Origin: Myxococcota bacterium
Lineage (GTDB): Bacteria > Myxococcota_A > Bradymonadia > UBA7976 > UBA1532
DNA: 64,000 nt
Reading direction: 5' to 3'
NCBI GenBank assembly: GCA_023150895.1
Contig: JAKLJY010000012.1
Coordinates: forward strand, 336-64,335
The notes under the pieces were generated by a model. That model was not told where the DNA came from. It did not search any database and was given only the letters and a program-made list of their open reading frames with translations. How positions within the stretch are numbered: the stretch's first letter is position 1; every line of letters begins with the position of its first letter. Shown piece by piece: positions 1 through 9,420 of this stretch. The position numbers and the translations under genes were made by a program.

Positions 1-136
1 GTCGATCACGGGTGGTTCTCCAGAAGCGAAGGTGAAACGGCGCGAACGTCGAAGGTTCGGAAGGTACTCTAGCCCAAGGCGGGGGAGTCTCCGCAATCTC
101 GGCGGGGCAGTCGCGCGTTCGCCCCGGACAGTGGCC

Positions 137-2374
137 TCAGCCTCGGCCCCGGCCCCGGCCCCGAAGGGACCAGACGAGCCCGAGCGCGAAGGCGAAGAGC
201 CAGCCGGGGCGCTGCTCCGGGCCGGCGGCGGTCCGGCACGCGCACCCCGCGCCCCGGGCGAGCATTTCGCCCGGATCGGCCGGATCGGGCGTGGCGTCGG
301 GCTCGGCGGCGGCGGCGTCGGCGGACGGGCGGGCGTCCGTTCCGGTGTCTGCGGGCCGTGCGACGCGGGCGTCACCGTCCGGTTGGGGGTGTGCGCCGTC
401 CGGCTGGGGTTGCGCACCGTCCGGTCGGGGGTGTGCGCCGTCCGGAAGCGCTTGTGCGCCGTCCGGCAGCGCTTGGGCGCCGTCCGCCAGTGCTTGTGCA
501 CCGTCCGGCAGTGCTTGCGCACCGTTCGGCGCGGGCGGGGCGCCATCGGGAACGGGGGCCGCCGCGTCGTCCGAGGGCCAGGGTGCATCGGGGGTGCTCA
601 TCGCCGGTCGATCACCCGGATCGACGACGCTCGCATCCACGAGCGGCGGCAAGACCGCGTCGGACACGGGCGGCGGGCCGGCGGCGTCGGGCACGGGCGG
701 CGGGCCGGCGGCATCGAGCACCGGACCGGCCGCATCGGGCACGGGCGGGGGGCGGGCATCGAGGTCGATGATCGCGGCGTCGAGCAGCATCGCGTCGATC
801 ACCATCGCGTCCGGCAGCATCGCGTCGATCACCATCGCGTCCGGCAGCATCGCGTCGATCTCCATCGCGTCCGGCAGCATCGCGTCGATCACCATCGCGT
901 CCGGTAGCATCGCGTCCGGCACGGCCGCATCGGGCTCGAGGCACTCGTCCGGCACGCCGTCGCAGTCGTGATCCCAACCGTCACAGGCGGCCGGCTCGGG
1001 GCGCCGCTCCCCCTCGCATGCGGCCGCCCAGCGACCCGCGACGCAGGTCTGGAGGCCGGCCGAGCACAGGCCGACGCCGTTCGTCTCGGGCGGGCCGCCG
1101 TAACACGCCCGCGTCAGCGCCACGTCGGCGGCGGGTCCTTCGTCGACCACGCGATCACAGTCCTGGTCGACGCCATCACATCGTTCCGGGTTCCCCGGGA
1201 AACGATCCGGGTCGAGGTCGTCGCAGTCGCCCCCGGCAGGCCGCACGCCGTCCCCGTCCTGGTCCTGATCGGGGGCGGGCTGGACCGTCACCGTGCCCAG
1301 CTTGAGCACATTGTCCGCGGGCAGGGGTTCGCCGGGCAGCACGTCGATCTCGGCGTAGAGCGTCTTGACGCCACTGATGTCCCACGGGAGCGGGACGGCG
1401 ACGCCCTGGGTCACCGCGCAACCGCCGTACGCGGGGATCTCCGGGCAGGCCAGCGCGCCGACCGGCACGTCGTCGAGGCGGAAGCGCACGGGACCGGCCG
1501 GCCGGGGTCGGCTCCCCCGGTGAAAGACCGTGAAGTTGTTGACCTGCACCGCCCCGAGGCCGGCCTGCGCCTGCGCCGGGGCCAGCGTGGCGCCCTGATA
1601 GCGGAAATTGGGGGTCCAGGCGAAGCCCGCAATCAGGGGGTCCGTCGCGTCCGTCGCGATCTGAGGCCGGTAGAGGCGCATCGTCGCCACGTCGTCGGGC
1701 AGCATGGGCACGTTGCGAAACGGCAGATACGACGGGTTCATCACCGCGGCCGCGCGCTCCTCGTGCTGCAGGCCCATGGCGTGCCCGTACTCGTGGATCA
1801 GAATCTGCCGCAACCCGTACTTCATCTGCGGTGTATTGAACGTCCGGACGGCCTCCTCGTCGTCCACCGTGAACGGTTGCTCGGCGATGGCGACCACATC
1901 GACGTCGAGTTGCCCGCCGGCGGCGGCGGGCTGGCAGGCGTAGAAGCCGTCCGGCGGCAACGGACAGAACCCCCACGGCGCGCCGGGCGGCCGGGTGACC
2001 GGGATCGTGGTGACGCCGAGCACCTGCGCGGGCACCGCGAACCCCCAGCGTTGGGAGACCTGCGCACGCGTCAGGCGCGCGACCGAGTGGACGCCGTCGC
2101 GCGGGGCCGCCACGTCGCGCGACGGCGCGAGCCGCGTCCAGTGGCCGAGGAAGTGATTCCAGTGATTCAACGCGTCGAGCGGCGCGGCCATCAGCGGCGT
2201 GTTGTCACACGTCGAATTGTTGATCTTGACGCAGAGGTTGAGCGCCTGCGGCAGCGACTGCCAATCGAGGCATGCGCAGCCGGCGCGGGCAAGCACGGGT
2301 GCCATCACACCGAGCAGGGCCACGAGCCCGACCAGCGCACGCGTGACGCGACGTAACGGAATGGTCGCGCTCAT
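137..2374 (-). CDS. secreted zinc metalloprotease, matrixin-like (M10 family) with C-terminal MYXO-CTERM sorting signal
   Basis: Motif LILIHEYGHAMGLQHEE...AVMNPSY matches HExxHxxGxxH plus a Met-turn. The start was moved to an internal ATG (aa 133 of the track ORF) that opens a signal peptide, MSATIPLRRVTRALVGLVALLGVMAPVLARA. The C-terminus GAGCACRTAAGPEQRPGWLFAFALGLVWSLRGRGRGRG fits a MYXO-CTERM-type signal. Pro/Asp/Ala-rich tandem repeats lie at the 3' end. An ATGA overlap joins it to the upstream gene. Confidence 0.7.
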   Translation of the reverse strand: MSATIPLRRVTRALVGLVALLGVMAPVLARAGCACLDWQSLPQALNLCVKINNSTCDNTPLMAAPLDALNHWNHFLGHWTRLAPSRDVAAPRDGVHSVARLTRAQVSQRWGFAVPAQVLGVTTIPVTRPPGAPWGFCPLPPDGFYACQPAAAGGQLDVDVVAIAEQPFTVDDEEAVRTFNTPQMKYGLRQILIHEYGHAMGLQHEERAAAVMNPSYLPFRNVPMLPDDVATMRLYRPQIATDATDPLIAGFAWTPNFRYQGATLAPAQAQAGLGAVQVNNFTVFHRGSRPRPAGPVRFRLDDVPVGALACPEIPAYGGCAVTQGVAVPLPWDISGVKTLYAEIDVLPGEPLPADNVLKLGTVTVQPAPDQDQDGDGVRPAGGDCDDLDPDRFPGNPERCDGVDQDCDRVVDEGPAADVALTRACYGGPPETNGVGLCSAGLQTCVAGRWAAACEGERRPEPAACDGWDHDCDGVPDECLEPDAAVPDAMLPDAMVIDAMLPDAMEIDAMLPDAMVIDAMLPDAMVIDAMLLDAAIIDLDARPPPVPDAAGPVLDAAGPPPVPDAAGPPPVSDAVLPPLVDASVVDPGDRPAMSTPDAPWPSDDAAAPVPDGAPPAPNGAQALPDGAQALADGAQALPDGAQALPDGAHPRPDGAQPQPDGAHPQPDGDARVARPADTGTDARPSADAAAAEPDATPDPADPGEMLARGAGCACRTAAGPEQRPGWLFAFALGLVWSLRGRGRGRG
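375..533. repeat. in-frame 21-bp tandem repeat (~7 copies; PDGAQAL heptads) inside the protease gene
   Basis: Unit ccgtccggNNggggNtgNgcg read directly from the sequence. Confidence 0.7.
785..925. repeat. in-frame 30-bp tandem repeat (~4.5 copies; DAMLPDAMVI) inside the protease gene
   Basis: Unit cagcatcgcgtcgatcaccatcgcgtccgg repeats near-identically. Confidence 0.8.
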
Positions 2375-2985
2375 CGGGCCGCCCCCCGGGTCACCAGGGC
2401 GCGCCACCGCGTGTCCACCCTTCGCGCTGCAGCGGGTGGCCGTGGGGCCTGCCCCGCCGGGTAGACGATGCGGGGATCGGGCGGCGCGTCGAGTACGAGC
2501 CCCTCGGGCGTCACGTCGACGATCTTCCGGCCATCCAGCGTGCGAAACGACCAACCGCCCGGCGCGCGGTCGGCCTGGAAGGCGCCGTTCTCGCCGGCGA
2601 CCGTGGCGGGCACCTGCGGCAGTTCGACCTCGGCCGGCAGAAAGAGCAGGTAGGTGCCCCCCGGCGCGAGCACCGGGTTGCCGGCGATCACGGCCCGGGC
2701 GCCCGTCTGCGCATCCCGCACGGTGCGCACCTGCCGGAGCGCGAGGCGCCCCGAGCGAGGACCCCGCCACGTCTCGTGCACGACCAGCGACAGGACGTCG
2801 ATCTCGGCCCCCTCGGGCGTCACCGCGCGTCGGGCGGATTCGATGGTCGCGATGACGACCTGCTCCGCGGCCGCGGCCACCGTGGACGGCGTCTGCGGGC
2901 GATACGTCAGCGCCCGGGCATCCTGGCCGGCGAGCACGAGTCCGGCGACGAGTCCGAGAGAAAGCGCACGCGACGGTCTGGGCAT
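2371..2985 (-). CDS. hypothetical secreted protein (signal peptide), co-transcribed with the metalloprotease
   Basis: Internal ATG (aa 261 of track ORF 2371..3765) opens a signal peptide, MPRPSRALSLGLVAGLVLAGQDARA. An AGGA sits about 5 nt upstream. The stop overlaps the protease start in an ATGA arrangement. Confidence 0.5.
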   Translation of the reverse strand: MPRPSRALSLGLVAGLVLAGQDARALTYRPQTPSTVAAAAEQVVIATIESARRAVTPEGAEIDVLSLVVHETWRGPRSGRLALRQVRTVRDAQTGARAVIAGNPVLAPGGTYLLFLPAEVELPQVPATVAGENGAFQADRAPGGWSFRTLDGRKIVDVTPEGLVLDAPPDPRIVYPAGQAPRPPAAARRVDTRWRALVTRGAAR

Positions 2986-3100
2986 GGAATCCTCGAGAGT
3001 CGTCCGACGGCCGAACGGAGGGGGGAGAGTCCGCAGGCTACACGATGCCGCCCCGCGGCGAGACGGGCATTCGTGCGGGTGATGCTGTACGCTGGCCTCG

Positions 3101-4087
3101 ATGCGCCCCCGCCGACGAGTTCTGCGCACCGCCCTGCGGGTCGCCGGCTTTGCCGGGCCGCTGGTCATCGCCCACGGGTGCGTGGTCGAGTTCCCCGACC
3201 GAGAGCCCGGCGCGACGACGGCGGACGCCGCGGGCTTCGGTCCCGGGCGCCCCGGGGAGCCGTCCGACGGAGGGACGGGCTCCGGCCCTGCGCACCCCGC
3301 GGATGCAACGGCCCGCCCTTCCGACGCTGGGCTCCGGGAGACCGGCCCGCCCTCGCCGACGGACGCCCGGCAACCCGATCCGGAGGCGATGGACGACGCC
3401 GACCGACCCGAAGCGGACGGGGCCCCGGACGCCGAACGCCCCGCGGATCCGGACGACGGGACCCCCTTCGTCGACCTGCAGATCCGCGGCGGCACCGCGC
3501 CGGAGAATTGCGGGGCCCTCGACCTGACGATCGAATACACGGCGCTGAACGTGGGGACGTGCGTGGCGCAGCTCGAACCGGCCGATCGCGACGGGGCCGT
3601 CGCCCCGCTCTTGCCCGGGCGGGGCACCCATACCTGGCCGGACGTCCTCGGCGTCGCGGTCGTGACGCTCTCCTGCCTAGACGCGACGGGGCGGCCCCTT
3701 ACCGACACCGAGACGCGCACGCCCGTGACCGGCCTCGACCCGCAGACCACCGTCGACGGCCGCAACCGCGTCGCGGATATTCAGCGGCTCTGCGCCGGGC
3801 TTCACGGCACGCCCGAGGAGCGTCTGCCGGGTGGGGACGGCGACGGCGCGGTCAAGAACACATCGGTGGCGGCGGCTCGCCTCTGCGCGTGCATGGGGTA
3901 CCACGCCGCGGAGATCACCGAGGCCGAAGATCCCTGCTTTCAGCATGAGATGGGCCGCAAGATCGCCGACTGGAAACATCGGGAGCATCGCTGGGACATC
4001 AAGGCGGCCAAACCGATGGACGGCTGCATCGGACGCCTCGAGTGCACGATGCCGGCCGTGCGATGCGACGCATGGCCGCCGCTGTGA
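3101..4087 (+). CDS. hypothetical secreted protein
   Basis: ATG ORF with an N-terminal hydrophobic signal (MRPRRRVLRTALRVAGFAGPLVIAHGC). The C-terminal part has K/W/H-containing, non-low-complexity sequence. The stop overlaps the next start in a TGATG arrangement. Confidence 0.5.
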   Translation: MRPRRRVLRTALRVAGFAGPLVIAHGCVVEFPDREPGATTADAAGFGPGRPGEPSDGGTGSGPAHPADATARPSDAGLRETGPPSPTDARQPDPEAMDDADRPEADGAPDAERPADPDDGTPFVDLQIRGGTAPENCGALDLTIEYTALNVGTCVAQLEPADRDGAVAPLLPGRGTHTWPDVLGVAVVTLSCLDATGRPLTDTETRTPVTGLDPQTTVDGRNRVADIQRLCAGLHGTPEERLPGGDGDGAVKNTSVAAARLCACMGYHAAEITEAEDPCFQHEMGRKIADWKHREHRWDIKAAKPMDGCIGRLECTMPAVRCDAWPPL

Positions 4088-5643
4088 TGGCGCGACCGGC
4101 AAATGCCCCGCCCGGGGCAGCCTGCACCATGCTGGCAACGGCGCTCTTCGCCCTGGCGGGGTGCGGGGACGGTCGCCTCGATGCCGCTCTTTTGCCCCCC
4201 ACGGCGGCCGACGGGGGCGCATCGGGCGACGCGGACGTCCCGTCGGGACACGGCGGTGCCACGACGGCGGACGCGGAGGTCCCTTCGGACGCGAGCGGCG
4301 CCGGGGACGTTGCGGACGCCCGAGCCGTCGACCCACCGGATCCCGGCGAGCCGGACGCCGCGCCCGCCCCGGGCGAACCCGATGCCGCCGAGCCCCCGGA
4401 TGCCCCGGATGCGACGCCCCCACCGCCCCCGGAACCCGACGCCGCGACGCCCCCGCCCCCCCCCGATGGCCCGCCCGTCTACCCGGCCGACCGCGATCAC
4501 TCGCCCGTCGGGCCGGCGCTCGCGGCGCAGTGGCAGGCCATCGCCGGGGCGACGCCGCGGCGCGCGAACGTGTTCTCGAAGATCGGCGACTCGATCACCG
4601 TCGGCGCCGGTTTCTTGCACTGTTTCGCCGGCGACGCCGTGCGCCTCGACGGCCGGGCCGCACTGCAGGCCACGATCGACCACTTCCGGGCCGGGGACGC
4701 CGGGGGGTCGACGCCGTTCGACCGCACGAGCCTGGCCGCGACGGTCGGCTGGAGCGTGCAGAGCGCGCTGCGGGGCTCTCCTTCGCCCGTTGAACGCGAG
4801 GTCTCGGCCATCGACCCGCGCTTCGCCGTCGTGATGTTCGGGACGAACGACATCGAAAATGACAACCCCTCGTACTACGGCGATCAGATGCGGACGCTCG
4901 TGGATCTGTTGCTCGATCAGGGCGTGATTCCCCTGCTGAGCACGATCCCGCCGCGGGACGACCGGGCGTCGAGCGACGCCGAGGTGCCGACGTACAACAC
5001 ACTCGTCCGCGCCCTCGCGCAGTCGCGCGGCGTCCCGCTGATGGATCTGCACCGGCGGCTGACGCCGATCCCCGGGCACGGGCTCGCGGGGGACAACCTG
5101 CACCTCGACTCGGCCGGCGCCGGGTCGTGTGACTTCCGACCGGACGGGCTGACGGGCGGCAACAACGTCCGCAATCTGTTGACCCTCGAGGCGCTCGACC
5201 GCGTGCGCCGGGTGCTCGCCGGCGAACCGCCCCCCGACGCGGGCGGGCCGTATCGCACCGGCACGGGCACGGCCGCCGATCCGGTCCTGATCGAGGCGCT
5301 GCCCTTCGGGGACGTGCGAAACACCCACGCCGCGCCGCAGAGCGCCCTGCCCGAGTATCCGGGGTGTCAATCGCAGGCCGACGAGGGCGGCGGCGAGTTC
5401 GTGTATCGCCTCGACCTCGCCGCGCCGGCCCGCATCCGCGCCGACGTGGCCGACGGGGACGGGGTCGACGTCGACCTGCACCTGCTCGTCGATCCGACGG
5501 ACGCGGGCACCTGTCTGCAGCGCCACGACCGCCAGATCGTGGCGGATCTGGGCGCGGGGACGTGGTATTTCGTTCTGGACACCTATGTGGCCGCCGGTGC
5601 CCCGCAGCCCGGCGAATATCTGTTGGCCATCGTGGCCGAATAG
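4087..5643 (+). CDS. SGNH/GDSL-family hydrolase lipoprotein with C-terminal pre-peptidase (PPC)-like domain
   Basis: Motifs FSKIGDSITVGAG (GDS block), MFGTNDIEN and GDNLHLDSAG (DxxH) are present. Lipobox MLATALFALAGC. The start is either the ATG at 4087, which overlaps the upstream stop, or 4129. The C-terminal roughly 90 aa resemble a PPC domain. Confidence 0.65.
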   Translation: MARPANAPPGAACTMLATALFALAGCGDGRLDAALLPPTAADGGASGDADVPSGHGGATTADAEVPSDASGAGDVADARAVDPPDPGEPDAAPAPGEPDAAEPPDAPDATPPPPPEPDAATPPPPPDGPPVYPADRDHSPVGPALAAQWQAIAGATPRRANVFSKIGDSITVGAGFLHCFAGDAVRLDGRAALQATIDHFRAGDAGGSTPFDRTSLAATVGWSVQSALRGSPSPVEREVSAIDPRFAVVMFGTNDIENDNPSYYGDQMRTLVDLLLDQGVIPLLSTIPPRDDRASSDAEVPTYNTLVRALAQSRGVPLMDLHRRLTPIPGHGLAGDNLHLDSAGAGSCDFRPDGLTGGNNVRNLLTLEALDRVRRVLAGEPPPDAGGPYRTGTGTAADPVLIEALPFGDVRNTHAAPQSALPEYPGCQSQADEGGGEFVYRLDLAAPARIRADVADGDGVDVDLHLLVDPTDAGTCLQRHDRQIVADLGAGTWYFVLDTYVAAGAPQPGEYLLAIVAE

Positions 5644-5652
5644 GACTCTTCG

Positions 5653-6786
5653 ATGACACGGACCCCGTCGCTCCCGTTTCCCCTCGCCCCGCGGGCCCTC
5701 CGCGCGGCACGGGGCCTCGTGATCGGCCTCATGCTGGTCGGGTGCGGCGACGGCGCGCTGTTTGCCGATGAGACGGTGCTGCTCGACGCCGGTGGTCCAT
5801 CCGGGGCAGGCGGTCAGGGCGGCGCCGGCGCGGTCGGCGGTGAGACGGTCTCCCCGCCGACGGGCGGCTCCGCGGCAGCCGACTCGGCCCGGCCCGACGA
5901 CCCGACCGACGCGCAGGGGTCGACCGATGCGAGGCCCGTGACCGATACCGGAACGCTCGTCGAGACGGACGCCGCGGTGGCGCCCGGACCGGACGCCGCG
6001 GTGGGGCCGGTGCCCGACGCGGCCGCGGCACCCGTACCCGACGCCGCCCCCGGCCCCGATCTACCGGTCTGCGAGTGTTTCGTGCGCGTTTCGTGGTGCG
6101 GCGCGGGGGCCGCCGAGGCCGGCCTCGCCCGCGACGTGCCGTGTCGCGTCCCGCTCGTGCCCGAACACACGGACGACCTGCTCGGCTGCCGCGACGGGCA
6201 GTGGGTGGTCCTCGAAGACTGCGCGTTCGGCTGTTTTGCCGCGCCGGCGGGGACGCCCGACGCGTGCAACTTCGACCCGAACGGCCCGACGCCGGACAAC
6301 CCGGGCTGGGACCCCTGCCCCGAGCGCGATCTGCTCTCGTGGGGCCTGCACCCGGAGGCCTCGGACCGCCTGCGGTGTGCGGGCGTGGCCGCCGATCGCA
6401 TCACACAGACCATCGGCAACGCCGCCGCTTCGGCCGGTTACCACGCCGCGGACGGCAACGCGGAGGGCGAGCCTTACTGTGCCGCCGTCGATCTGCGAAC
6501 GCGCGACCTCGAAAACGCCGAGATCCGGGCCCTGCTGCAGCGCCTCGGAGAAAACGGATTCGCCGCCTGGTATCGACAGCCCGGGCGCGACGGGTGGCCC
6601 GCCGACGAGGCGCCGCACATTCACGCGGTCTTCGCCGGGGTACCCATGAAGAACGCGCTCGAGGGACAGATCGAGGACTTCCTCGACGGGCTCAACGGCC
6701 TGGCGAGTCACGGGCACTATGGTTTCTGGGAGGCGCCGGAGCGCGTCCTCGACCGGATTCGCCTGCTGTTCGCCCGGCATCACTGA
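5653..6786 (+). CDS. hypothetical lipoprotein
   Basis: ATG ORF with lipobox LMLVGCGDG. A Gly/Ala/Pro-rich linker is followed by a Cys-containing globular C-terminal region. Confidence 0.55.
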   Translation: MTRTPSLPFPLAPRALRAARGLVIGLMLVGCGDGALFADETVLLDAGGPSGAGGQGGAGAVGGETVSPPTGGSAAADSARPDDPTDAQGSTDARPVTDTGTLVETDAAVAPGPDAAVGPVPDAAAAPVPDAAPGPDLPVCECFVRVSWCGAGAAEAGLARDVPCRVPLVPEHTDDLLGCRDGQWVVLEDCAFGCFAAPAGTPDACNFDPNGPTPDNPGWDPCPERDLLSWGLHPEASDRLRCAGVAADRITQTIGNAAASAGYHAADGNAEGEPYCAAVDLRTRDLENAEIRALLQRLGENGFAAWYRQPGRDGWPADEAPHIHAVFAGVPMKNALEGQIEDFLDGLNGLASHGHYGFWEAPERVLDRIRLLFARHH

Positions 6787-6919
6787 GAGCATGTGAATGA
6801 ATCGGCCGCTCGCAACGGCGTCCGAATTCTTCACAAGCTCTGAGCGCCGGGACTCAAAATACCTTGACATCCACTGATGAAAACCGGAGGCTGCGCACGT
6901 TGCCCTCCGGAGTTCCGCC
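6787..6919. promoter_or_regulatory. AT-rich intergenic region upstream of the norE-like gene with a TTGACA hexamer
   Basis: Local AT enrichment in a 70% GC background. TTGACA sits at about 6864-6869. GGAG sits 8 nt before the GTG start. Confidence 0.3.
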
Positions 6920-7489
6920 GTGCCCGTCGCCCGCCGCCCGCTGGAGGCCCCGCCCGGGGGCCTGCTCCTCTGGATCATCGTCGCCCTCGAGCTGATGACC
7001 TTCGCGCTGATCTTCGCGCTCCTCGCCCGCCTGCGCACCACCGACGCCGCCGCATTCGCCGCTGGTCAGGCCGGGCTCGACGCCCGTTTCGGACTCGGTC
7101 TGACGCTTCTGCTCGTGACGAGCGGGGCGGCCGCCGCGCGGGGCGTGCATCGTTTCCGTGAGGACGCCCTCGACGCCGCCCGACGCTGGTTTCACATCGC
7201 GGGCGCGCTCGGCCTGGCGTTCGTCGCCGTGAAAATGGCCGACACCGTGCAGCATTTCCGGGCCGGTCACGGCCTCGGCGTGTCCGACTTCTGGGACGCT
7301 TACGTCCTCGCCACCGGGTTTCACCTGGCGCACGTCGTCGTCGGCCTGATCTTCATCGCGAGCGTCGCCCGTCGCATCGGGCGCACGACCTTCGACGACC
7401 CCGAAACCGCCGTCGCCGGCGCCGCGCTGTTCTGGCACATGTGCGACGTGGCGTGGTTCTTTCTCTTTCCCCTCTTCTTCGCCCGGTGA
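6920..7489 (+). CDS. norE: cytochrome c oxidase subunit III family protein (NorE-like)
   Basis: About 5 TM helices. The C-terminal FWHMCDVAWFFLFPLFF resembles the CoxIII/NorE signature WHFVDVVWLFLFP. GTG start with a GGAG upstream. Located beside the nor cluster. Confidence 0.65.
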   Translation: MPVARRPLEAPPGGLLLWIIVALELMTFALIFALLARLRTTDAAAFAAGQAGLDARFGLGLTLLLVTSGAAAARGVHRFREDALDAARRWFHIAGALGLAFVAVKMADTVQHFRAGHGLGVSDFWDAYVLATGFHLAHVVVGLIFIASVARRIGRTTFDDPETAVAGAALFWHMCDVAWFFLFPLFFAR

Positions 7490-7494
7490 GTGTC

Positions 7495-7710
7495 ATGGCC
7501 GCGACGAACACGCTGACATGGTTGGCCCTCGTGACACTCTCCGTCGTTTCGGTCGCGCTCGGACGCCTCGATGTCGCCCTGACCGTGGCGGGCGCGAAGG
7601 CGATCCTCGTCGGGCTCGACTTCATGGAGTTGCGCGCCGCGGCGCGGCCGCATCTCGTGGCATACCTGAGTTATGTCGTGCTCCTCGTGGCGGTGCTCGT
7701 GCTGCTTTGA
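7495..7710 (+). CDS. small two-TM membrane protein (NorF-like / prokaryotic oxidase subunit IV-like)
   Basis: The ATG lies 6 nt after the norE stop. 71 aa, hydrophobic. Its 3' end overlaps the convergent norR 3' end by about 40 bp. Confidence 0.4.
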   Translation: MAATNTLTWLALVTLSVVSVALGRLDVALTVAGAKAILVGLDFMELRAAARPHLVAYLSYVVLLVAVLVLL

Positions 7711-9272
7711 CGCCCGCGGTCGCCCCCAAGCAGGCCGAGGCGCGTGGCAAGCCGGTGCAGGTTGCCACGATCGAGCCCGAGGCGCCGCGCGGCCTCGGCC
7801 CAGTTACCGTCGGCGGCGGCGAGATTGCGCTGAATGATCAGGCGCCGCACGGCTTCGAGGGCGTCCGCCATCGGGAGGTCCAGAAAACCGGGCTCCGCCC
7901 CCGAGGGTGTCATCGGCGTGCCGGGGCGCACGACCGCCGGGCCGAGCCCCAGATGCTCGACGTCGACGACCACCGTCGCGCGTTGCCGCCCGTGGGAGGC
8001 CCGGAGCGTGGCCCGCAGCAGGATGTGTTCGAGCTCGCGCACGTTGCCCGGCCAATCACACGAGACGAGCGCCGCCTGCGCAGCCGCCGTGGCGCGCACG
8101 TTCGTCAGCCCCAGGCGCCCGCGCGCCGCGTCGAGGAAAAAGCCCGTCAGGATGGGCACGTCGTCGAGGCGATCCCGCAGGGGGGGGACGTGCAGGGGAT
8201 ACACGCTGAGCCGATGGTAGAGATCCGGCCGGAACCGCCCGCTCGACACCTCGAGCGCGAGGTCGCGATTCGTCGCCGCGAGGACCCGCACGTCGACGTG
8301 CAACAGACGATCGCTGCCGACGCGCTGCACCTCGCCCGACTGCAGCGCGCGCAGGAGCTTCGGTTGCACGGACAGCGGCAGCTCGCCCACCTCGTCGAGG
8401 AAGAGTGTGCCCCCGTCGGCGGCTTCGAACTTGCCCGCGCGATGATCGACGGCCCCCGTGAACGCGCCCCGCGTGTGCCCGAAGAGTTCACTCTCCGCGA
8501 TCGACTCCGGCAGGGCCGCGCAGTTCACGTAGATCAGATGTGCCTTGCTGCGCCGTGACTGCGCGTGAATCGACCGTGCGACGACCTCTTTGCCCACCCC
8601 GGTCTCGCCGGTGATCAACGCGGTCAGGTCTGAATCGGCGAGGAGCGCGACCTCGGTCCGCAGCCGCTGCATGGCCTGCGACTGCCCGATGAGCTCGCCC
8701 CCGCGCCGCGCCTGCGTTTCCTCGAGGAGCTGACGCGCGACGAGGCCCTGACGCCGGGCGGACAACGCAAGCGCCTCGATGAGCCGGGCCGTCCGGATGG
8801 CAGCGGCGGCGAGCGCGGCAAACGCCGCGACGGCGCGGTCGTCGACCCCTTCAAAGGCGGCCGGATCGTGCGCGTCCATCGTCAGCGCGCCGACGAGCTC
8901 GCCCTCGACGCGCAGCGCACAGCCCATGCAGCCGTGCACCTTCGAGAGGGGGTCCGGGTGGTCGCGCAGCAACCCGTCGAAGGGGTCGGGCAGCGGGCTG
9001 CCGCTGAGCCGTACGGGCCCGGTCTCGGAGAGAATGCGGGCGAGCCGAGGGTGGTCGGCGGGGGCGAACCGGCGCCCGACGACCTCGGGCAGAAGGCCGT
9101 CGACGGCGAGCGGCACGAGCGCGCCCCCCTCGAGCCGCAGCAGCGCCGCGGCGTCACACGGCACCACACGACGCACGGCCTGAAGCAGGTGCCGATATCG
9201 GTCGTCGGCCGCCAGCGTGCTGGTCAGATCGACGGCGATCTCGAAGAGGGAGTGGAGAATCGGGCTTTCCAT
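7671..9272 (-). CDS. norR: sigma54-dependent NO-responsive transcriptional regulator NorR (GAF + AAA+ + HTH)
   Basis: Motifs GETGVGKE (Walker A), [15 protein letters not shown] (the GAFTGA sigma54-contact motif) and [12 protein letters not shown] are present, with an N-terminal GAF-like domain and a C-terminal HTH. Start chosen at the internal ATG giving [16 protein letters not shown]. An alternative ATG is at 9308. Confidence 0.8.
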   Translation of the reverse strand: MESPILHSLFEIAVDLTSTLAADDRYRHLLQAVRRVVPCDAAALLRLEGGALVPLAVDGLLPEVVGRRFAPADHPRLARILSETGPVRLSGSPLPDPFDGLLRDHPDPLSKVHGCMGCALRVEGELVGALTMDAHDPAAFEGVDDRAVAAFAALAAAAIRTARLIEALALSARRQGLVARQLLEETQARRGGELIGQSQAMQRLRTEVALLADSDLTALITGETGVGKEVVARSIHAQSRRSKAHLIYVNCAALPESIAESELFGHTRGAFTGAVDHRAGKFEAADGGTLFLDEVGELPLSVQPKLLRALQSGEVQRVGSDRLLHVDVRVLAATNRDLALEVSSGRFRPDLYHRLSVYPLHVPPLRDRLDDVPILTGFFLDAARGRLGLTNVRATAAAQAALVSCDWPGNVRELEHILLRATLRASHGRQRATVVVDVEHLGLGPAVVRPGTPMTPSGAEPGFLDLPMADALEAVRRLIIQRNLAAADGNWAEAARRLGLDRGNLHRLATRLGLLGGDRGRQSSTSTATRSTT

Positions 9273-9289
9273 GGGGCGGTTGTATCGCA

Positions 9290-9329
9290 GACGACGGCGT
9301 TGTTCCATAAACAACAACCGGCCGTCGTC
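9290..9329. promoter_or_regulatory. near-perfect 15-bp-arm inverted repeat between divergent norR and the hemerythrin-like gene
   Basis: GACGACGGCGTTGTT-ccataa-AACAACCGGCCGTCGTC. It sits about 20-55 bp upstream of the norR ATG and about 90 bp upstream of the hemerythrin ATG. Confidence 0.45.
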
Positions 9330-9420
9330 CTCAGAACAACACGGCCGCCGCGAAACGGCCTGCCATGCGGAGCGCAGTGTCGGCACGGCGCGTGAAGAGG
9401 GGAGGACCCGAACGCAACGC

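Noticed and set aside
32-971. Plus-strand ORFs 32..907, 291..971 and 358..771
   Set aside because: Driven by the 21-bp and 30-bp tandem repeats. Low-complexity translations. They overlap the minus-strand protease gene, which has clear catalytic motifs.
968-2356. 462-aa plus-strand ORF
   Set aside because: Antisense to the matrixin-like protease gene. Arg/Gly/Val-rich composition typical of wrong-frame ORFs in high-GC DNA, with no motifs.
6798-6845. TGTGA ... TCACA pair resembling CRP/FNR half-sites upstream of norE
   Set aside because: The half-sites are about 38 bp apart rather than the 6 bp required for a CRP/FNR dimer site. No TTGAT-N4-ATCAA box was found.
7518-8558. 346-aa plus-strand ORF
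   Set aside because: Antisense to norR, which has unambiguous sigma54-activator motifs. The ORF 10653..11903 on the minus strand, antisense to norB, is rejected the same way.
9370-9395. Possible sigma54 -24/-12 element CGGCACggcgcgTGAA upstream of the hemerythrin-like gene
   Set aside because: The -12 GC dinucleotide is not conserved (TGAA instead of TTGC). Too weak to call a feature, and kept only as a note under the norR-hemerythrin control-region finding.
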